A DNA stretch of 63,936 nucleotides, counting the filler, from an uncultured Methanosarcinales archaeon (GTDB lineage: Archaea > Nanobdellota > Nanobdellia > Woesearchaeales > CALCXY01), in NCBI GenBank assembly GCA_964385185.1. It is 3 parts of 3 records of this genome, joined end to end, with 100 filler letters (N's around TTAATTAATTAA, not from the genome) between each part and the next. Parts side by side here need not be neighbours in the genome. Positions count along the whole stretch, not along the records: positions 1 to 23,427 come from CAYLOA010000019.1; 2 more parts are not named here. One strand, given 5' to 3'. The position numbers and the translations under genes were made by a program. The notes beneath the pieces were generated by a model. That model ran no database searches and was not told where the DNA came from. It worked only from the letters and a program-made list of their open reading frames with translations. Shown here in pieces: positions 9,704 through 22,800 of this stretch. Position 1 is the stretch's first letter, and each line of letters opens with the position of its first letter.

Positions 9704-9748
9704 GGCTTGCACAGCAAGCCGACTCTCGCAGTCTTACGACTGCGAGTT
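9704..9748 (+). repeat. REP-like double hairpin, copy 4
   Basis: GG-CTTGC-ACA-GCAAG-CC followed by ACTCTCGCAGTC-TTAC-GACTGCGAGTT. The second hairpin is the exact reverse complement of 51786-51812. Confidence 0.8.
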
Positions 9749-9830
9749 TTGTGTTATGGGGCTTCGCCTTATTAGGTTGGATTAAGTTTGGTTCAGTTTG
9801 TTTGAGTTTGATGTGTGGATTGGATTACGT

Positions 9831-10523
9831 TCATCCGAAGAACCAGCGTTTGACTTTCTTTTTTGCTAGAAAACGTTCAAGTTCTCGTTCTACTTGTTCA
9901 AAGTCTTTGAATTCTTTCTCTTTTTTACGGAATTCTGGGGTGTGATAATAACTTCTGCCTGGTTTCCAGAAAAACTGGAGATGTTTATGGAGAATTTCAT
10001 GATGCATGACTAAGTCTATAAATTTAGTATCTCCTCCATGGAATACTTTACTGAGCATTATCGTATCTGTCTGATAATTATAGTGGCCTAGTTTTCGTAT
10101 ACTTTCTTTACCCCAGACTAAATTTGGTTTTTCCACTTGATGATTGAAGTAGAGTGCGTTTACTCTCTCGAAACTTGCACTGAGATGGGGGTCATCTTTG
10201 TCCTTTATTATGCCGAGATGGAGACTTTTAATGAAATGTTGATAGAGGTCCATTTGTAAAGTAGTTTTTTTATCTGTTTTCTTTGGTTGTTGTCTGGAAA
10301 GTTCTTTTTTCATCATTTTTGTTAGAAGCACTTGGAGGAGACCTATTCTGATGTCTCTGTCAACCTCTTTCCATTTTTTACTGAGATTAAAGGTCATACA
10401 ATTATCTTGTAGACGAATATTGGCATTGTAGTCTGAAAACTTACCCGAGTAGGTTATTTTTCCGAGGTAGGGATATTCTCTCTCTGGATATAAGCCTGCA
10501 AATGCCTCTTCTATCATTCCCAT
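9831..10523 (-). CDS. SprT/M48-like (YgjP/DUF45-type) zinc metallopeptidase
   Basis: FERVNALYF, KLGHY, HHEILH (HExxH) and HTPEFR motifs. Confidence 0.75.
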   Translation of the reverse strand: MGMIEEAFAGLYPEREYPYLGKITYSGKFSDYNANIRLQDNCMTFNLSKKWKEVDRDIRIGLLQVLLTKMMKKELSRQQPKKTDKKTTLQMDLYQHFIKSLHLGIIKDKDDPHLSASFERVNALYFNHQVEKPNLVWGKESIRKLGHYNYQTDTIMLSKVFHGGDTKFIDLVMHHEILHKHLQFFWKPGRSYYHTPEFRKKEKEFKDFEQVERELERFLAKKKVKRWFFG

Positions 10524-10586
10524 GGGCAGATGAGAGAGGGAGTGGTTTAAAAGATTTATGAGGGTGCATACCCATAACCAAAAGAC

Positions 10587-10712
10587 TTATATATAATTAG
10601 TACTAAAAATGGGCTAATAGGGTATAAATTAGGGTTGAATAAGGTTGAATAAGGTTGAATAAGGTTAATTAAGTATAAATTAAGGCTTAGAAATTAATAA
10701 ATTAGTACTAAT
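10587..10712 (+). promoter_or_regulatory. TATA box with two TTAGTACTAA palindromes flanking a 10-nt tandem repeat
   Basis: TTATATATA 10587-10595, TTAGTACTAA at 10597-10606 and 10702-10711, (GGTTGAATAA)x3 at 10633-10662. Confidence 0.6.
10633..10672 (+). repeat. Short tandem repeat (GGTTGAATAA)3 plus one degenerate unit
   Basis: Read directly from the sequence. Confidence 0.85.
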
Positions 10713-10738
10713 GGTAGGGTACAATGAGATGAAACTGA

Positions 10739-10888
10739 ATGGTTAAGGTTGTTGTGAATAACGGACAGTACAAAATAACGATTCCTAAAGAGATAGCTCT
10801 CGCCAAAGGGTGGAGCAAAAATACTCGAGTTTTAGTTTCTCTGGATGCAGAAGGTCAAGTCGTGTTGAGGGAGCTCTCTAAGAAATGA
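10739..10888 (+). CDS. Small AbrB/MazE/SpoVT-like DNA-binding protein (49 aa)
   Basis: Hand translation MVKVVVNNGQYKITIPKEIALAKGWSKNTRVLVSLDAEGQVVLRELSKK*. Its TGA overlaps the ATG of the giant gene. Paralog of 5368..5505. Confidence 0.85.
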   Translation: MVKVVVNNGQYKITIPKEIALAKGWSKNTRVLVSLDAEGQVVLRELSKK

Positions 10889-13800
10889 AATATAGAAATA
10901 TGATAGTGGTGTTGGCCATTTTGCTAGTTCTTAGTTTTGGCGTTTATGGAATTAGCTTGCCAAGCACTCCTGATTGTTTTACTGATAATGATTGTTCTGT
11001 TTTTAACAAAGGAGGGGTTGATTGTAGGGGTGGAGATTGTGTCTGTACTAGTAATTCCTGTGTTAAATCTGTCTGTCAAAATAATGTTAAAGAAGGTTTA
11101 GAAGATTGTGATGATGGAAATAGTAACAATGATGATGCTTGTAGTAGTACTTGTACTTTAACTTTTTGTGGAGATGGAGATACTCAACAACCTAATGGTA
11201 ATGATCTTTCTGAACAATGTGATGATGGTGTAGGAAATTCCAATAGTTGTGTTCCTGGACGGGATGGTGAGTGTACTGTTTGTACTGACCAATGTCTTTC
11301 TCAAACGTTTATTGGAAGTTTTTGTGGAGATTCTCAAGTTGATTCTGCATTTGGTGAGACCTGTGATGATGGGAATACAGTGAACGATGATGGTTGTACT
11401 AATGGATGTTTACTTCCTGCTTGCGGAGATGGTATTCAACAAAATGGTGAGGCTTGTGATGATGGAAATAGTGTGAATACCGATAGTTGTACTAATGCTT
11501 GTACATTGGCTGTATGTGGAGATAGTTTTACTCAAACAGGTGAAGAGTGTGATGATGGTAACGACAATAATAATGATGGTTGTACTAATTCTTGTACCGT
11601 ATTGAGTTGTGGAGATGGATTTATCCAAGGTAGTGAGCAATGTGATGATGGGGTGAATAATGCTGATAGTTGTGTTGCTAGCAGGGATGGCAGTTGTGAT
11701 GTGTGTACTACAGCTTGTGTAGAAAAAACTGTTGTGGGTAGTAGTTGTGGAGATGGCAATGTAGATTCTCATTTTGAACAATGTGATGATGGTAATACTA
11801 ATAGTAATGATGGGTGTAGTAGTACTTGTCGTGATGAATCTTGTGGGGATGGTATACAACAAAGCAATGAAGCATGCGATCTAGGTAGTAATAATGCCAA
11901 CACAGGAACTTGTACTGATGCATGTTCTCTTGCTACTTGTGGGGATGGATTTACTCAAAGTGGAGAGACTTGTGATGATGGTAATAGTGATGAAGATGAT
12001 GGATGTAGTAGTAGTTGTCAAATAGAATTCTGTGGAGATGAAATTCGGCAAGCAAATGAAGCCTGTGATGCTGGCCCTAATGGGAATTTATTATGTACCA
12101 GTTCATGTACACTTACCTTTTGTGGAGATGGAGTAACACAGATTGAAAATGGTGAAGAGGTTGATGAGGCTTGTGATGATGGAAATTCAGTGGAAAGCGA
12201 TGGATGTAATAATATCTGTCAACTTACTATCTGTGGAGATGATATCGTTCAACAACCAAATGGAAACTTACTAGCAGAAGTATGTGATGACGGTACTGAT
12301 AATGCAAATAATTGTGTTGCAACTAGGGATGGTACTTGTTCCTTTTGTGATGTAAATACCTGTCAACCTGCTGATGTTACCGGTGCCTTTTGTGGTGACG
12401 GTAACTTTGATATTGGAGATGAGCAATGCTCAGATTCTAATGCTGCAGGATTCTGTGTAGAGGATTGTAATCAAAATATTAAACCTGAAATCACTTTTAT
12501 TAGTCCAAGTGCTGGAGACAATATGCCTCTTGGGCAAGAAATCGAGGTAGAAGTACGAGTTGTTGATAGAGATGTTAAAGCTGCCAATACATTACAAAGG
12601 ATAGATTTTACGGTTAAACTTGGAAATTCAGTTGTTAGTGAAGAGAGGATTACGAGTATTGGTGAAAACCAATTTTTTACTCACACTTTTACCCCTGTTG
12701 AAACAGGATCGTATTCTATTCAAGTTAAAGCTATAGATAGTGATGTTACGGTTGGCAGTATTGGAGCGGTGACTGAAGTCGATGCTACTATTCAGCTCAA
12801 AACTGTGAAAGAGTTAGGAATTGGAGATAATGATATTGCCACCTATACTTTAAACGATGAATCAATCCAAATTACTGATCCTCCTGAAAAACCTTCACTT
12901 ACTAGTCGATTTGTTCTTTGGTTACGAGGGCTTGTAGGATTTGCAGTTCGAACCAGTGTCATTGCCGATGCTGATCAAAGTAAGGTGGTTAATAATGGAG
13001 CTGATTTCAAAGCTTTCTTATCCTATACTATAGTAAATAGCGCATCCCAAGCTGTTAAAAGAGTAGGACCTACTGAGATTGAGGTGGGGAGAGTAGAAAA
13101 ATTAGATGTTCTCTTCGATGATCTTGCAGGACAAGATGGAAGTAACTTATTTGGATGGGATCCGTTTGATCGAGATATAAGTGTGCAAAGTGTTGAAGAT
13201 ATCTTTGGACTGTATCAACTAAAAGTTCATCTAGAAGATTCTGATGGTGTTGTGATTCGAAATACAGATGGAAGGTCGTTAGCGGTTGTGAGTGATTTTA
13301 GGATTGCAGAATTATGTGGAGATGGAAGAGCAACTGGTGATGAAGTTTGTGATGAAAGTGAATTTGCAGGTAAAGTCTGCTCAGATTTCTTAAATTCTGG
13401 AGGTAAACCATTTACAGGTGGTAGTCTTACTTGTTCTGATAGTTGTGATTTGTCAACGACAGTTGCTTGTGTAACTGAACCTGGATGTGAAAATGGATTA
13501 CGAGACAGTGATATTTCACTTCAAGAGACTGATGTTGATTGTGGAGGTCCTATTGTTAATGGGTGTAGTAGATGTGCTATAACTCAAGCATGTGGTGTAG
13601 ATACTGATTGTGGTAGTGGATTAATTTGTCAAACCAATGTGTGTGTAAAAGATCCTGTTTGTGGAGATTCAGTATTAGATGAGGGAGAGGCTTGTGATGA
13701 TGGAAATACTGTGAATAATGATGTGTGTAGCAGTACTTGTACCAATACTTTTTGTAGTGACTCAGTTCAACAAAGTCCTAATGGTGCGGGACAATTTGAA

Positions 13801-16800
13801 TCTTGTGATGATGGAAATGTAGCTAATAATGATGGATGTAACAGCGTATGTCAAAATGAACAATGTGGAGATGGAGTTCAACAAAATGGAGAATCTTGTG
13901 ATGATGGAAATACTAATAATGGTGATGGATGTAGTGCCTCATGTAATGTAGAGGTGTGTGGAGATGGAGTTGTGCAAACTCCTAATGCTGCTGGATTTAC
14001 TGAATTGTGTGATGATGGAGTCAGTGGAAGTGATACTTGTAACTCACAATGTACCTTCACTTTCTGTGGAGATGGAGTTCGGCAATCTGGTGAGGCTTGT
14101 GATGATGGAAATGGTAATAATAATGATGGATGTAGTGCTACTTGTAGTGAAGAAAGATGTGGAGATGGGATTGTTCAAACAATTGAGGGCTGTGATCTTG
14201 GATTAGGTAATTCTAATACAGGAAGTTGTACATTAAGTTGTAGTTTGGCTGAATGTGGGGATGGATTTAGACAGGTTGGGGAGGCTTGTGATGATGGAGA
14301 TGCCAATTCCAATACAGGAAGTTGTACTTTAAGTTGTAATGTTGCTGGTTGTGGAGATGGATTTTTACAATCAGGTGAGGCTTGTGATGATGGAAATAAT
14401 TTGAATACTGATAGTTGTACAAATGCTTGTGTAGCTGCAGTTTGTGGAGACAGTTTTGTACAATCTGGTGAGGAATGTGACTTTGGAGTTAGTAATTCAA
14501 ATACTGGAATTTGTACTACTTCTTGTTTGTTGCCTACCTGCGGGGATGGATTTAGACAAGCAAGTGAGCAATGTGATGAGGGAGAACAAAATTCTAATAC
14601 AGGAAGTTGTACTTTAACGTGTAGGACTGATCTGTGTGGAGATGGGTTTGTTCAGTCTGGAGAGTTCTGTGATGATGGTAATACCAATAGTGGAGATGGA
14701 TGTAGTAATAGTTGTTTGTTAGAAGTGTGTGGAGATGGGATTGTGCAAACTCCTAATAGAGATGGTCAAAATGAAGCTTGTGATGATGGAAATACTGTTG
14801 ATACTGATAGTTGTACTAATGCTTGTGAAGCTTCCTTCTGTGGAGATGGGACTCAACAATCTGGAGAGGCTTGTGATGACGGTAATGAAATTAATAATGA
14901 TGGATGTAGTGATCTTTGTGTAGTTGAATTCTGTGGAGATGGGATTCAACAGGCTAGTGAGGCTTGTGATGATGGAAACTTAGTCAATAATGATGCATGT
15001 AGCAGTAGTTGTGAGATTGAAGTGTGTGGAGATCAGATTATACAGACAGGTGAGCAGTGTGATGATGGTAATTTCTTAGAGAATGATGCTTGTACTAATT
15101 CTTGTAGGGTAACTACCTGTGGAGATGGTAGGGTGCAAGTTCCTAATGGTGAAGGGGTTTCTGAGAGTTGTGATGATGGAAATAGTGTGAATAATGATGA
15201 GTGCAGTAATTCTTGTAGAGTTACCTTCTGTGGAGATGGTATAATTCAATCTGGAGGGAATGGTTTGGGTGTAGATGAAGGTTGTGATGATGGGGCAGAT
15301 AACGCAAATAGTTGTGTTGCAACTAGGGATGGTACTTGTTCCTTTTGTGATGTAAATACCTGTCAACCTGCTGATGTTACCGGTGCCTTTTGTGGTGACG
15401 GTAACTTTGATATTGGAGATGAGCAATGCTCAGATTCTAATGCTGCAGGATTCTGCTTGGCTGATTGTGATCAAAACATTTTACCTGATATTTCTATTTT
15501 AGAACCTGAAAATGGAGATATTATTCCACTTGGAAAAACTGTTAATATTATAGCTACCGTTACTGATCAAGATATCAACCCAGAGAGAGATTTGGAAGAT
15601 GTAGAAATTATTGTTGAATTGAGAGGTAGGGAGATTACTAAAACTAAATCTAATTCAGTGGGCTCAGTGAGTTCATTTAGTTTTCCCTTCTTACCAGAGC
15701 AAACAGGAGATTATGTTATTAAAGTCATAGCTACTGATTCTGTGGATACAGAGAAAAGTATTGTTGTTCGTTCTGAGATTGATGCGAGTATTCAGATGAA
15801 GACTCTTAAAGATATTAATCTCCCTCCAGGAGAGATTGCAACGTATACGTTACTTGATAAATCTGTACAGTTGACTGATCCTCCCGACCCTGAACCACTT
15901 GTGAAACGAGTAGTAGGATGGTTGAGAGGTTTAGTAGGGTTTGCTGTTCGAGCAAGTGTTGTGGCAGAAGAAGATCAAAGTAAAATTGTCAATAGGGGAG
16001 CTCCGTTTGAGGCTTTTATACGATATCAAATTATTCAAAATTCATTGGCAATAAAGACTATAGGGCCTGTGCCTCTTGCTGTGGATAGTTTAGTTAAGTT
16101 AGATATTACCTTTGATGAATTGTCTGGACAATCCAATGTATTCGGATGGATTCCTACAGATAGGGTTGATACTAATGTAGTTACAGAGGATTTATTTGGA
16201 AGTTATCAATTTAGGGCTCAACTTTTAGATTCCAGCGGAACTGTATTGCATAATAAAGATGAAAATTCATTGACTGTTCTTAGTCCCTTTGTTATTGCAC
16301 CTACCTGTGGAGATACTATTAGGACTGGAGATGAAGTGTGTGATACTACTGACTTTGGAAGTGTACAGTGTAGTGATTTCTTGAATACAGCAGGAAATGC
16401 ATTTACTGGTGGGAGCCTTAGTTGTGGAAATAGTTGTGAAGCAATAGATAAAAGTCAATGTGTAACTGCTGCTGCTTGTGAAAATGGATTATTAGATGCA
16501 GGAAATCCTTTATTTGAAACTGATACTGACTGTGGTGGTCCTGTTGCAAATGGTTGTAGTAGATGTGCAATTACTGATAGTTGCTTAGTTAACTCTGATT
16601 GTGGAACTGGATTGTTATGTGAATCAAATGTATGTGTAAAAGAAGCTGTGTGTGGTGATGGAGTTTTAGATGAAGGGGAAGTGTGTGATGGATCTTCCTC
16701 TGGTGCTCAACCTCTTTGTACTGATCATGCCTTTGGTTCAGGGACCTTCGATTCTGGAGTTGTGGGTTGTGCTGCCGATTGTGGAAGTTATATTTTAACT

Positions 16801-19800
16801 GAATGTAATGTGTGTGGAAATAATGAGTTAGAAGATGGTGAACAGTGTGATGGTAGTGTCCCAAGTGGAACTACTTGTAATCTTGTTGATCCTGATAATA
16901 CTATAGGAAAGGGAACTTTAAGTTGTAGTTCAAGTTGTACCTTGGATGAGGGTGCCTGTTTACAATGTCAAGATGATCCTGCATGTGGATCTGTTGATGA
17001 TATTGTTTGTGATGGTGGACGAAATTTCCAGACATGTGAGCTTGTTAATGGATGTTTACAATTATCTACTACTTCATCTTGTTCGAATGTAATTGATGGT
17101 GGAGATTCCGAAGTTATTTGTCAGCAAAATGAGTGTAGGGTAGAACCTGATGTTATTATTACCTTAGTGAGTCCTACAGTAAGTGCAGTTCCAAGTGCTG
17201 ATGTGAATTTGGTTGTGAGTACGAACAAAGCTGCAAGTTGTACTATTAATATTGGAAATGGGGGGGTGGGTATGTCCAGTGAAGATCAGATTACTCATAC
17301 GAGAAGTGTTACTTTACCTCAGAATGGAGATAACGACCTCATCTTCACGTGTACTGATGACCTTACTGGAAAAACGGTTCCTATTACAGAAACTATTGCT
17401 CTACGAGTTGAAGAACCTGGGATTGGTGCAATTACATTTTTACCGCAAGGTGCAACTACTGTTCAAAATCTTGTAGAGATAGGTACTGGAAATTTACGAT
17501 TTTCCACAGATGAGCTTAGTACTTGTAGATTTGATTTTGGAGTGAATGACTTTTCAAGAATGCAGGAAACTGTTGGTGATGGAAATGGTCGAAATGTACA
17601 TCAAACTGATGTAGTTATTGATGAACTGCGTACTGACCAGATTTTGTTGTTTGTGGGATGTATCACTGAGGTAGGTGTTGTTGAAACCAAACCTCTTACC
17701 ATTGATGTAACATTGAATGCTGAATTTACAGCAAGTGTGGTAAGTCCTCTTGGAGAGGTTGATTTAGGAAGTGTTATTGTAGAAGTTGAAACCAATAAAA
17801 GAGCATTTTGTAAATTACAGGTGGAGGAGGGATTACAATCAGGATTATTACAATCTAATGATCGACATACTCATTCAAGGGCATTTTTAGATTTGGAAGA
17901 AGGAACGTATGTATTTGAACTTCTTTGTCAGAGTGATGATAATGAATTACTTACACAGAGTATTCCGTTTGAGTTCTTCCCTAATGGAAAACCTCCAAGC
18001 TGTAATGATGGTTCTCAGAATGGTGATGAATCTGATGTTGACTGTGGGGGAAGTTGTGGAGGATGTGGAATATCTATTCAATGTGGTGTGAGTTCTGATT
18101 GTAGTTCCAACTTTTGTTCATCTGGTGTATGTGCAGAGGCTTCTTGTACTGATGAAATACAAAACGGACAAGAGACTGCTGTTGATTGTGGTGGAAGTTG
18201 CATTTGTACAACAGGACAAGCTTGCCAAGATAATAATCAATGTGATAGCAGTTCTTGTACAGCCCAAGGTGTTTGTGGAGCAGCTACTTGTATAGATGGA
18301 ATCAAGAACCAAGATGAATCTAGTGTAGATTGTGGAGGATCATGCAAAGGATGTGGAACTGAGGTGTTCTGTAATATAGATAGTGATTGTAGAGATGGAA
18401 TTTGTGGAAGTATTAATTCACCTAATGATCATTTATGTGCTGCTCCAAGTTGTTTCGATTCTGTACAGAATGGATTAGAGACAGGACTTAACTGTGGTAG
18501 AGATTGTGCTGCTTGTAATGTAGGTAATGGATGTTTACTTAATTCAGATTGTGTTGAAGGTGTTTGTGATTCTGGCTCAGGATTATGTGCAGCTGCTAGT
18601 TGTAATGATAGAGTTCTTAATGGTGGAGAGAGTGGGGTAGACTGCGGCGGAAGTTGTAGTGCTACTTGTGATGTGGGCATAGGTTGTTTTAGTGTTACTG
18701 ATTGTAGTTCAGGAATTTGTTCATCTGGTGTGTGTACGGCGCCTACGTGTGAAGATGGACTGCAAAATCAAGGAGAAAGTGATGTAGACTGTGGTGGAAG
18801 TTGTGGAGTTTGTGGAGCTGGAGATACCTGTACGGAGGGTAGTGATTGTAGTTCTAATAAATGTAAGGGGGGATTTTGTACTATTCCGTCTTGTAGTGAT
18901 TCCGTTCTCAACCAGGATGAAACTGGTATTGATTGTGGAGGAGATGTTTGTGGAACATGTCAGATTGGAGACAGCTGTAGTGTAGGAGATGATTGTTTTA
19001 CTGATATTTGTGTAAGTGAAGTGTGTGTTGCTCAAACTTGTGAAGATGGAATAACTAATCAAGATGAGAATGATGTGGATTGTGGTGGAGTCTGTGGAGC
19101 ATGCTCTGAAGGAAATAGTTGTGATATTAGTTCTGATTGTACAAGCAATGTGTGTAAACCTAATGTGGATGGAGATTTTGTATGTCAAGCTCCTAGTTGT
19201 GATGATACTGTGAAAAATGGCAATGAAGCTGATGTAGATTGTGGTGGAAGTTGTGATGAAGCTTGTGTTGCTGGTAATACTTGTAGTATAATATCTGATT
19301 GTAGTGTAGATACCACTTGTACTAATGGTGTTTGTGTTGCTTGTCGACATGCATGTGATATTGATAGTGAGACAGTGTGTACAGATGACTTTAAACAACA
19401 GATTTGTGATGATGTAGATGGAGATCATTGTAGAGATCCTAGTTTTCCTCTTTCCTGTTCAGCTGGAGAATTTTGTGTGAATGATGGATGTGAATTATTG
19501 CTTGATAATAAGCTGACATTGGTTGAGCCAAGTTTTGGAATTGCCAATACAGGAACATTTAGAGTTGTTGTAGAGACTGATAGAGATGCAACTTGTAGGC
19601 AAAGTACTTCAGATGTTGTGTTTGATCAGATGGGTGCATTTAATGTTAATAATGGTGATAGGCATGTCTTGAATCAGCTTGGATTTATTGGGAATCAGGG
19701 AAGTCTTTTTGTAACTTGTGTTGATGTTGTTACCCAGGAGAGCTTTTCTGCTGAGTATGCACTTTCTGTGGATAAACAGCCACCGAAGATTATTGTGAGT

Positions 19801-22800
19801 GCTAGTCCTAATCCTATTGTAGAATCTCCAGCCTTGAGTCTGATTAGAGTTGAAGGGAGTACTGAGGTTCATTGTAGAATAAGTGGAAGTAGTACGGTCT
19901 TTGATGAGATGGAAGACTTAGGTAAGGGTGAGTTTAGTGATTCTCATACCTATAAAACTCCTCATTTACCTGATGGTGGAAGTACCTTCAATGTCGTGTG
20001 TAGAAATAGAGCTGGAGGCGAAGTTTCAGGGTCTGTAACCTTAGATGTTGATTTAGGAGCTAGCTTTGTTGTTAAAGATCGAACTGATGATTTGTTTGTG
20101 GAAAACTCTGGTGTTTTACGGGTTGGTACCAATAAAGCAGCTAGTTGTAGTGTTGAGCGGCCAAGTGGTACTGTTGTTATGGAACCTGATGCTGGAAATT
20201 TAGTGCATGCTCTTACTTTGGTAGGATTGGTAGATGGACTGCAATCTCAATTAGTTACGTGTGAGTCTTTTGAATCTCAGGATGTGGTGAGTTTGGATAT
20301 TTCCTTTGATGTTGCAATCGGTGGGGTCAAGGAAAGTTGTATAGATGGTATTTTGAATCAAGATGAATCAAGTGTAGATTGTGGTGGTGAAGTATGTGGA
20401 GCTTGTTCAGAAGGAGATCGTTGTAAAGTGGTAAGTGATTGTGATATTGATAGTACTTGTGGTAGCGGGGTGTGTGTTGCTTGTCAACATGAGTGTGTGG
20501 ATACTGGTGTAACTGTATGTAATGGATTAGATATTCAAACCTGTCAAGATGCAGATAAAGATCATTGTAGAGAGCTTAGTGAAGCTGTGAGTTGTGCTGT
20601 TGGGCAAGTGTGTCAAGATGATGTATGTAGTGCGCCTACTGTTTTGAAGGGTAAGATTAGCACTCCGGCCTTTGGAGAGGTTGATAAACATGTCTTTAGA
20701 CTTGAAGTGGAAACGAGTAGGGTAGCTACCTGTGTCTGGGATACTTTTGATAGGTCTTTCGATGATATGAAAGAATTTACTGGAGGAGATGGTAGTTTGC
20801 ATACTGTTGAAGGTGTGAATATTCCTGGTAGGGTTGGAGGGGTGTTCGTACGATGTGTGGATCCTCTTGCTGATGGAGTGAGTCTTCCTCAGGAGATTTC
20901 CTTTAATCAAAAAATAATTGTTGATCCGAATCCTCCTATCATTGAGTTTTCGATTGCAGATCCGAATCCGATTACTGATATTCCTGAAAAAACAAGTTTG
21001 ATTGTACATACTGACAAACCTTCGGTATGTGATTTTGTTGAGGGACAGGTAGGTACTAATGGTTTAGAAGGGGATTTCCCTGGAAAAGAGGATGGAGTCT
21101 TTATTACTGAACATGAAGTTATTTTAGATAAATTTGATCTTAGTCAGAAGGAATATGAGTTCAGAGTTACTTGTGAAAGTAAGGCAGGTGTAAGTGTTGC
21201 TGCTAAAATACCTGTAACACTTGCATCAGATGAATTATTTAAGATAACTGATACAGAATTGGCTCCGATTAGTGATATTGATCAGAATGCCTTAGAGATT
21301 GTCACCAATAAATTGGCAAGCTGTGAGTTAGATTTAGATGGTAGTAAGATTAGGCTTAAACAAGAAGATAGATTACACTATACACACCTGTTTAATGAGT
21401 TAACTGAGAGAGAATATCCTTTTACCGTTACTTGTCTTACTAATAGTTTCCAGGAAGATACTCGAGACTTGACATTTAGGGCGATAGAGGGTGGAGAGAA
21501 TTGTCATGATGGATTCCAGAATCAATTGGGAACTGAATTAGCAGAGACTGATGTTGATTGTGGAGGAGATAATACATGTGATCGATGTGAAGCTGGTAAG
21601 AAATGTGTTATTGGCGTTGACTGTGTGTCTCAGGTTTGTGGTGTAGATGGATTATGCCAAGTAGCTAGTTGTAGTGATGGAGTTCAAAATCAAGATGAAG
21701 AGAAAATTGACTGCGGAGGAGATATTTGTGCACGATGTCCTAATATTCCACCAGTTGTGCTTGGGTTGCATGCGGATAAAGAAGGTGTAGAGATTGGAGA
21801 TAGTGTTAAGTTTATTTGTGAGGCTTCCGATGAAGAGTCAAGCAACAATAAACTCATTGGAGAATTTTATTTGCGACAAACTGAGAGTCCAAATTGGAAT
21901 TTAAAAGAAAAAGAAAAGATGTTTTACTCAGATGAAGATGATAACTTTGTATTCAATTATCAAGTAGATGATTTACCTATTGGTCAAGAATTTGTAGGCC
22001 ACTGTGTTATTAGTGATGATGAAGATAGTCAAGGTTTAACGAATGCAGACTTAGGTGTTACTGTAATAAATAGCTTACCTGTTGTGAATCTTCTAACCTT
22101 TGAACCTTTAGATTTAATTCAGAAAAAAGTACGGTTTATTTGCAGAAGTAGTGATAAAAATGAAGATGAATCTAGTCTTGACGTTCGGATGACTGTTAGT
22201 AAAGATGGGAGAGAACTCTTTAGAGGGGCAGCTGCCGTTGATACTCTTAGTGGAGGTCACTTTGTTGATCTGAGTGGGGTGGAAGAAGGTGTTCATGATA
22301 TTACTTGTGAAGTGTTTGATCAAGGAAATGATGTTATTGTTTTACAAGAGAGTAGTGTAGCAGGTGGAATAAGAAAAGTGAATGTTGATTATAATGCCTT
22401 TAAAGACGATATTGATCCTGTATTTGGAGAGATTAGGATTGTTCCTTTCAAAGATAGAACAACTGTCTTCTGGGCTGCAAATGAGCTCGTCAATGGAACT
22501 TTGTTAGTTAAGAAATTAAAAGATGGTAGCCAGGTGGGAATACCAGAAACAACCTTTAAGATAACTCATGAAACGTTAGCTACTGGTTTGGAACCGTCTA
22601 CTGATTATTCGGTTGCTATTATTGCTAGTGATCCTTCAGGAAATATTGCACCTTCCAAAACACTGAGCTTTACCACCACAGGAGCATCCAGTTGTAATGT
22701 TGATACTGATTGTGATCTTACTCAGATGTGTATTGCAAATAGCTGTAGAAAGATTCCTGTTTGTGGAGATAATGTCGCAGACTTTGAAAGTTTCTATGCT

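Noticed and set aside
10633..10672. Tandem repeat as a CRISPR array
   Set aside because: 10-nt units with no spacers.
5368..10888. AbrB-like ORFs as antitoxins of TA pairs
   Set aside because: The coupled downstream genes are large secreted proteins, with no PIN, MazF or Doc toxin adjacent.
12312..15455. Repeat pair as a DGR template/variable region
   Set aside because: The copies are identical with no adenine-specific mismatches, both are coding, and there is no reverse transcriptase in the window.
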